Shown here: one piece after another, positions 41,489 to 44,753 of the stretch
Numbering within the stretch: the stretch's first letter is position 1
Layout of the letters: the number at the start of each line of letters is the position of its first letter
IMG/VR virus record: IMGVR_UViG_3300045970_000214
Source: a virus
Strand: one strand, 5' to 3'
Length of the DNA stretch: 44,753 bases
Notes under the pieces: generated by a model
Database searches by the model: none
What the model was told of the DNA's origin: nothing
Seen by the model: only the letters and a program-made list of their open reading frames with translations
Made by a program: the position numbers and the translations under genes

Positions 41489-41529
41489 AGACAAGGGTAT
41501 ATTCTAAACCACGGAAAGGATAATAGAAA

Positions 41530-41736
41530 ATGGATCTCTCAAAGCAAAACCTTCTAATGATCGAGATAGATCAGGATTTGAAAAAGATAATAGAACAGTA
41601 TGAGAATGGATTGATAACATCAAGAGAACTCTGCTATGCGATACGGAAGATAGAATGGAAGCTTCCTGCGCCAAGAGTAGGCGAGATAGATCGTAACACC
41701 GGACTAAAAATAGAATCCCTCCCAACGAAATCCTAA
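41530..41736 (+). CDS. First early protein (68 aa), unknown function
   Basis: SD-like ggaaagga upstream; first ORF after the early promoter. Confidence 0.5.
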   Translation: MDLSKQNLLMIEIDQDLKKIIEQYENGLITSRELCYAIRKIEWKLPAPRVGEIDRNTGLKIESLPTKS

Positions 41737-41763
41737 GCTTCAAACAAATAGAAGGAAGATATA

Positions 41764-42255
41764 ATGAACACCCTAATAATGAAACAAGATGATGATGAGT
41801 TTAAGATAATCCCCCTTAATAAGTATCCGAAAGGAATCTCTTTCAAAGAGACGGATAGACTAAATAAAACAATATCCCCTGATCTCTTGATAACATACAA
41901 TGATCTCATAAGCAAGAACTGGAACTTCTACGCTGTAGAAGCTAAGAGAGGTCGTTGCTATTATGAGACAAAGATCATAACAATTCCAATCTGGGCTATG
42001 AATAAAGGCGCAGAGTATATGGAGTGGTATGTAGCGCATGAAATGGCTCATGCTATATGCTTTAATAGGAAACAGTTCTCAGCTAATCATGGGATACTCT
42101 TTATGCGTGCTCTTATTGAGATATGTCCTTCTAGAAGCATACATCACGAGATAGGATATAAACCAAGAAATGCTATGGCTGCAGGAATAACAGCAATGGC
42201 TCAATCTCTCAGAGATAATCCTGCTAACCTTCAATATAATGATGTGGAGATCTAA
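41764..42255 (+). CDS. SprT-like zinc metalloprotease (HExxH)
   Basis: YYETKIITIP...EWYVAHEMAHAICF...ANHGILF matches the SprT-type HEMxH...HG arrangement. Confidence 0.6.
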   Translation: MNTLIMKQDDDEFKIIPLNKYPKGISFKETDRLNKTISPDLLITYNDLISKNWNFYAVEAKRGRCYYETKIITIPIWAMNKGAEYMEWYVAHEMAHAICFNRKQFSANHGILFMRALIEICPSRSIHHEIGYKPRNAMAAGITAMAQSLRDNPANLQYNDVEI

Positions 42256-42256
42256 A

Positions 42257-42439
42257 ATGAATCAAGATACTAATTGTAATGATGTTCTAAGAGTAGAAGT
42301 CTTAGTGAATGGTAAGAAATATTTTATCATGGAAGAGACAGTAAACACACAAAAAGACTTCTATCAATGGCAAACTAGAATTATGAGCACAGTAGAATCT
42401 ATAAAACTGGCTGATATATCTAGATTCAAACCTGTATAA
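42257..42439 (+). CDS. Hypothetical early protein (60 aa)
   Basis: ATG at 42257 lies 1 nt after the upstream stop, with GGAG 8 nt upstream. Confidence 0.45.
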   Translation: MNQDTNCNDVLRVEVLVNGKKYFIMEETVNTQKDFYQWQTRIMSTVESIKLADISRFKPV

Positions 42440-42456
42440 ACGGAGAAAAGTAGATC

Positions 42457-42747
42457 ATGGAATTCAAATTAGGTGACTCTGTAATCCTAGCTTCAGACCT
42501 TGCTTCTCCTATCATATCTCATGAGGGAACAATAACAAAGCTCTCAAAACAGAAGGATATAGCTTGGATAGACGGACATCATAGACCAGAAGATTGCATC
42601 TATTCAGCATATCTCTGGCCTATGGAATATAAGGAAGAACTCATAGCAGTCCTTACAGAAAGAGCCTTCCTTAAGAAGAAATATGAGGATTCTATGGCTC
42701 TGATCTATCAGCTCTCAAATAAGATCACAAATGCAAGGAAAGGATAA
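42457..42747 (+). CDS. Hypothetical early protein (96 aa)
   Basis: ORF with upstream ggagaaaag. Confidence 0.5.
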   Translation: MEFKLGDSVILASDLASPIISHEGTITKLSKQKDIAWIDGHHRPEDCIYSAYLWPMEYKEELIAVLTERAFLKKKYEDSMALIYQLSNKITNARKG

Positions 42748-42751
42748 GATC

Positions 42752-43090
42752 ATGAGACCCTCTCAAGGTGGTATCTATACCCTTAATACCATAATGACAA
42801 AACTTGAATTATCTGATAGTCCTTGTCTCATGGTAGAGATAGATGGGAGAATGTGTCCGATACAAGACTCCCATATCTCACAAGATGATCTTCTAGGAAT
42901 AGAAGGTTTTAAATTTACATCATGGAGATATAAATACACAACGCATGAATGGGTTCCTGTCTTTCATGCTCTTGACTCATCTTATGTAATGGCATATATG
43001 ACAAAAGAGCTTCTGAAAGAGGATTGGAGAACAGAGGAAGATGATACATATTGGATAGTTCCGAAAGCATATCCCCGCTCACAAAGCTAA
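42752..43090 (+). CDS. Hypothetical early protein (112 aa)
   Basis: ATG at 42752 with upstream aaggaaagga; the track start at 42731 overlaps the previous ORF. Confidence 0.5.
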   Translation: MRPSQGGIYTLNTIMTKLELSDSPCLMVEIDGRMCPIQDSHISQDDLLGIEGFKFTSWRYKYTTHEWVPVFHALDSSYVMAYMTKELLKEDWRTEEDDTYWIVPKAYPRSQS

Positions 43091-43108
43091 TCTCGGAAAG
43101 GAAATAGA

Positions 43109-44287
43109 ATGAATCTCTACAGAAAGATGTATCAGGAAACAAAGACTCTTGCAGCTTGCCCTATCACAGGGATTGTAATAAGAATAGATATTCCAAGAAT
43201 CTCAATCGGTAAGATCCTAGAATATCCGAATCCCTTCTCAGTCTTTGAGAATGCTCAAGGAATAGCAAAGCTTGAATTCATAGAACAGAACAAGATACCG
43301 CCTACTATCCTATCAGGAGTTCTTCTCTCAGTATGGAATCATTTCCATCTCATAGAAGATCATCTAACAGGGATTCAAAGGAATGAGATTCTTATACCTG
43401 TTCCTCCATATCATCTAATATCCGCTATACGATTCTTCTCAGATATAACAATGAAAGAATCGTATATGCTTCCACGAATCTCATTAGATAGCGAACAGAT
43501 AAGAGATTCCTCGATTCTTGATGTTGTAAGGAACTATACTCTTACCTGTAAACAGACTCTTTCCCCAGATCAAGCATATTCGGAACAGTCATCAAGAGTC
43601 CTTTCCTACACTAAGATCAATAAGGCTACAAAGAGGGATTCTATAACATCTGAGCTAAGGAATAAGGCAAAGGATCTAGTAAACACCTTAGCAAATGAGA
43701 GCGAACTCAGCCCGAAACTTCTCTCAATCCTTCGCTTAATATGCCAAAAGAATAACCTTATAACCCTTCACTATACAATACGAGATAAAGTAATCTCAAG
43801 ACTTGAGGGTATAAACACAATCGCATCAATCGCATTGATTGATATTCTAAAGAATGTGGAAAAGAATCTCTCGACTGCTGAAAGACTATTCAAGCAGGAA
43901 GATGATGAGAAGATGGATTCTATCTTCCCTGATATTCCTTCCCTTCCTGAGAAGAAAAAGACATTGAAAGAACTCTTACAAGAGAGGATAATAGGAGTTC
44001 CTCCTAAAGAGAGTATAGAAGATGATGAGGAAGATGAAATAGAAGAACAAGAATCCTTTACATCTTTTAGGAATCAGATAACATTCCTTCATGGGGATTG
44101 TAAGAATTGCGACTATGACATATCAGATTGTCCTTCGATTGGATTCTGTTCCTTCCTAGAAGATGAGAAAGAGGAGAAAGCAATTCAAACAAGACATATG
44201 ATGCTTGAGATAGGAGCTGAGATGGGTATTATCTCTAAGGAAATGATGGAAGAAGAACAGGAGCATGATAATGCAAACACGTTCTGA
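43109..44287 (+). CDS. Large early protein (392 aa) with acidic C-terminal third and a Cys cluster (HGDCKNCDYDISDCPSIGFC)
   Basis: Long ORF; no family recognised. Confidence 0.55.
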   Translation: MNLYRKMYQETKTLAACPITGIVIRIDIPRISIGKILEYPNPFSVFENAQGIAKLEFIEQNKIPPTILSGVLLSVWNHFHLIEDHLTGIQRNEILIPVPPYHLISAIRFFSDITMKESYMLPRISLDSEQIRDSSILDVVRNYTLTCKQTLSPDQAYSEQSSRVLSYTKINKATKRDSITSELRNKAKDLVNTLANESELSPKLLSILRLICQKNNLITLHYTIRDKVISRLEGINTIASIALIDILKNVEKNLSTAERLFKQEDDEKMDSIFPDIPSLPEKKKTLKELLQERIIGVPPKESIEDDEEDEIEEQESFTSFRNQITFLHGDCKNCDYDISDCPSIGFCSFLEDEKEEKAIQTRHMMLEIGAEMGIISKEMMEEEQEHDNANTF

Positions 44288-44603
44288 TCTATCATTCACA
44301 ATAACAGATGATTTCGGGAACAAGCTCCCAGATATAAAGAGAGCCTTCCTTGCCGCAGTCTATATAACGAAATACGATTATGAACTCGGAACTGTGATAT
44401 ATCCTTCACAGAAATACAAGAGTTCTAGAATCTATTCCCTCTATTATAACGCAACTTTGAGGAACCTTCTCGAAAAGGAACAATGTGTTAAGTGCATAGT
44501 ATCCTTCCAACAGAGAACACACGGGGATTATGCAATAGCAAGGATATTCGAGGATGTTCCTTCAGTAGATAATCGGACAATGACCCACGAGGAAAGAGTA
44601 TAA
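44265..44603 (+). CDS. Hypothetical early protein (112 aa; alternative start 44271)
   Basis: ORF overlapping the upstream stop by 23 nt. Confidence 0.5.
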   Translation: MIMQTRSDLSFTITDDFGNKLPDIKRAFLAAVYITKYDYELGTVIYPSQKYKSSRIYSLYYNATLRNLLEKEQCVKCIVSFQQRTHGDYAIARIFEDVPSVDNRTMTHEERV

Positions 44604-44607
44604 TATC

Positions 44608-44753
44608 ATGACTTCACTAAGCGAACTGATAGCACAAAAGAAACTTCAGACAATGGAACGAGTCTTAAATAATCCTAAGGCTTCTCTTGCTGAAGTTATA
44701 GCAATGAGGAAATCTCTTTCTGAGATAGATAAAGATAAAGAAGTTCCACAAGA
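44608..44753 (+). CDS. 5' end of the SF1 helicase gene; continues across the junction into 27..1856
   Basis: ATG at 44608 lies 4 nt after the stop of the preceding ORF and has ggaaagag upstream. It reads MTSLSELIAQKKLQT then MERV..., in frame with ORF 27..1856. On the circular molecule the full gene is 624 codons. Confidence 0.7.
   Translation, partial: MTSLSELIAQKKLQTMERVLNNPKASLAEVIAMRKSLSEIDKDKEVPQ
44627..44753. repeat. Terminal overlap copy B (identical to 1-127)
   Basis: Same as copy A; the overlap lies inside a coding region. Confidence 0.95.

Noticed and set aside
1-44753. Prophage or lysogeny module, lysogenic-conversion interpretation of the GT genes, T7-like RNAP, tRNAs
   Set aside because: No integrase, recombinase, CI/Cro-like repressor pair, att-like flanks, host genes, single-subunit RNAP motifs or tRNA-like structures were found on either strand.

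Overview
All calls below come from reading the supplied translations and DNA by eye; no database search, structure prediction or statistics were run.

The window is one essentially complete, circularly closed phage genome of about 44.6 kb (podovirus-like by gene content). Nt 1-127 are identical to nt 44627-44753, and a helicase gene reads in frame through that junction.

Layout:
- A control region of about 1.4 kb (40.1-41.5 kb) fires divergently.
- The rightward (+) arm runs 41530 -> junction -> 12822. It carries about 15 small early ORFs, then a replication, recombination and nucleotide module: SprT-like metalloprotease, SF1 RecD/Dda-like helicase, Cas4-like PD-(D/E)XK nuclease, MazG-like protein, Sak4/AAA_24-like ATPase, DUF669-like SSB candidate, proofreading family-A DNA polymerase, DUF3820-like protein, DUF3987-like P-loop NTPase, DUF2829 (Tad2-family) protein, dCTP deaminase and a DEDDh exonuclease.
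- The leftward (-) arm runs 40095 -> 12884 as an almost gapless 27-kb late operon: TerS, TerL, portal, scaffold, major capsid protein, two small paralogous proteins, adaptor candidate, 1050-aa collagen-like fibre, a methyltransferase/glycosyltransferase module, a lysis cassette, a 1164-aa tail protein, and three internal-virion/ejection-type proteins of 340, 623 and 1872 aa.
- The two arms converge on a hairpin terminator at 12830-12857.
- I recognised no tRNA, rRNA, CRISPR array, integrase, repressor, RNA polymerase or primase.

Most interesting items:
1. A late-operon SAM-methyltransferase + GT2 + split GT9-like module sits next to an extraordinary (Gly-Tyr-Ser)n collagen-like fibre, suggesting self-glycosylation of the virion.
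2. A stand-alone promoter-ORF-terminator cassette (192 aa, unknown function, codon usage like the capsid gene) lies in the control region.
3. A DUF2829/Tad2-like candidate immune-signal sponge.
4. A possible R-S-E ADP-ribosyltransferase-like motif set inside the 1872-aa injected protein.
5. A dense set of repeated regulatory boxes around a perfect sigma70 consensus early promoter.
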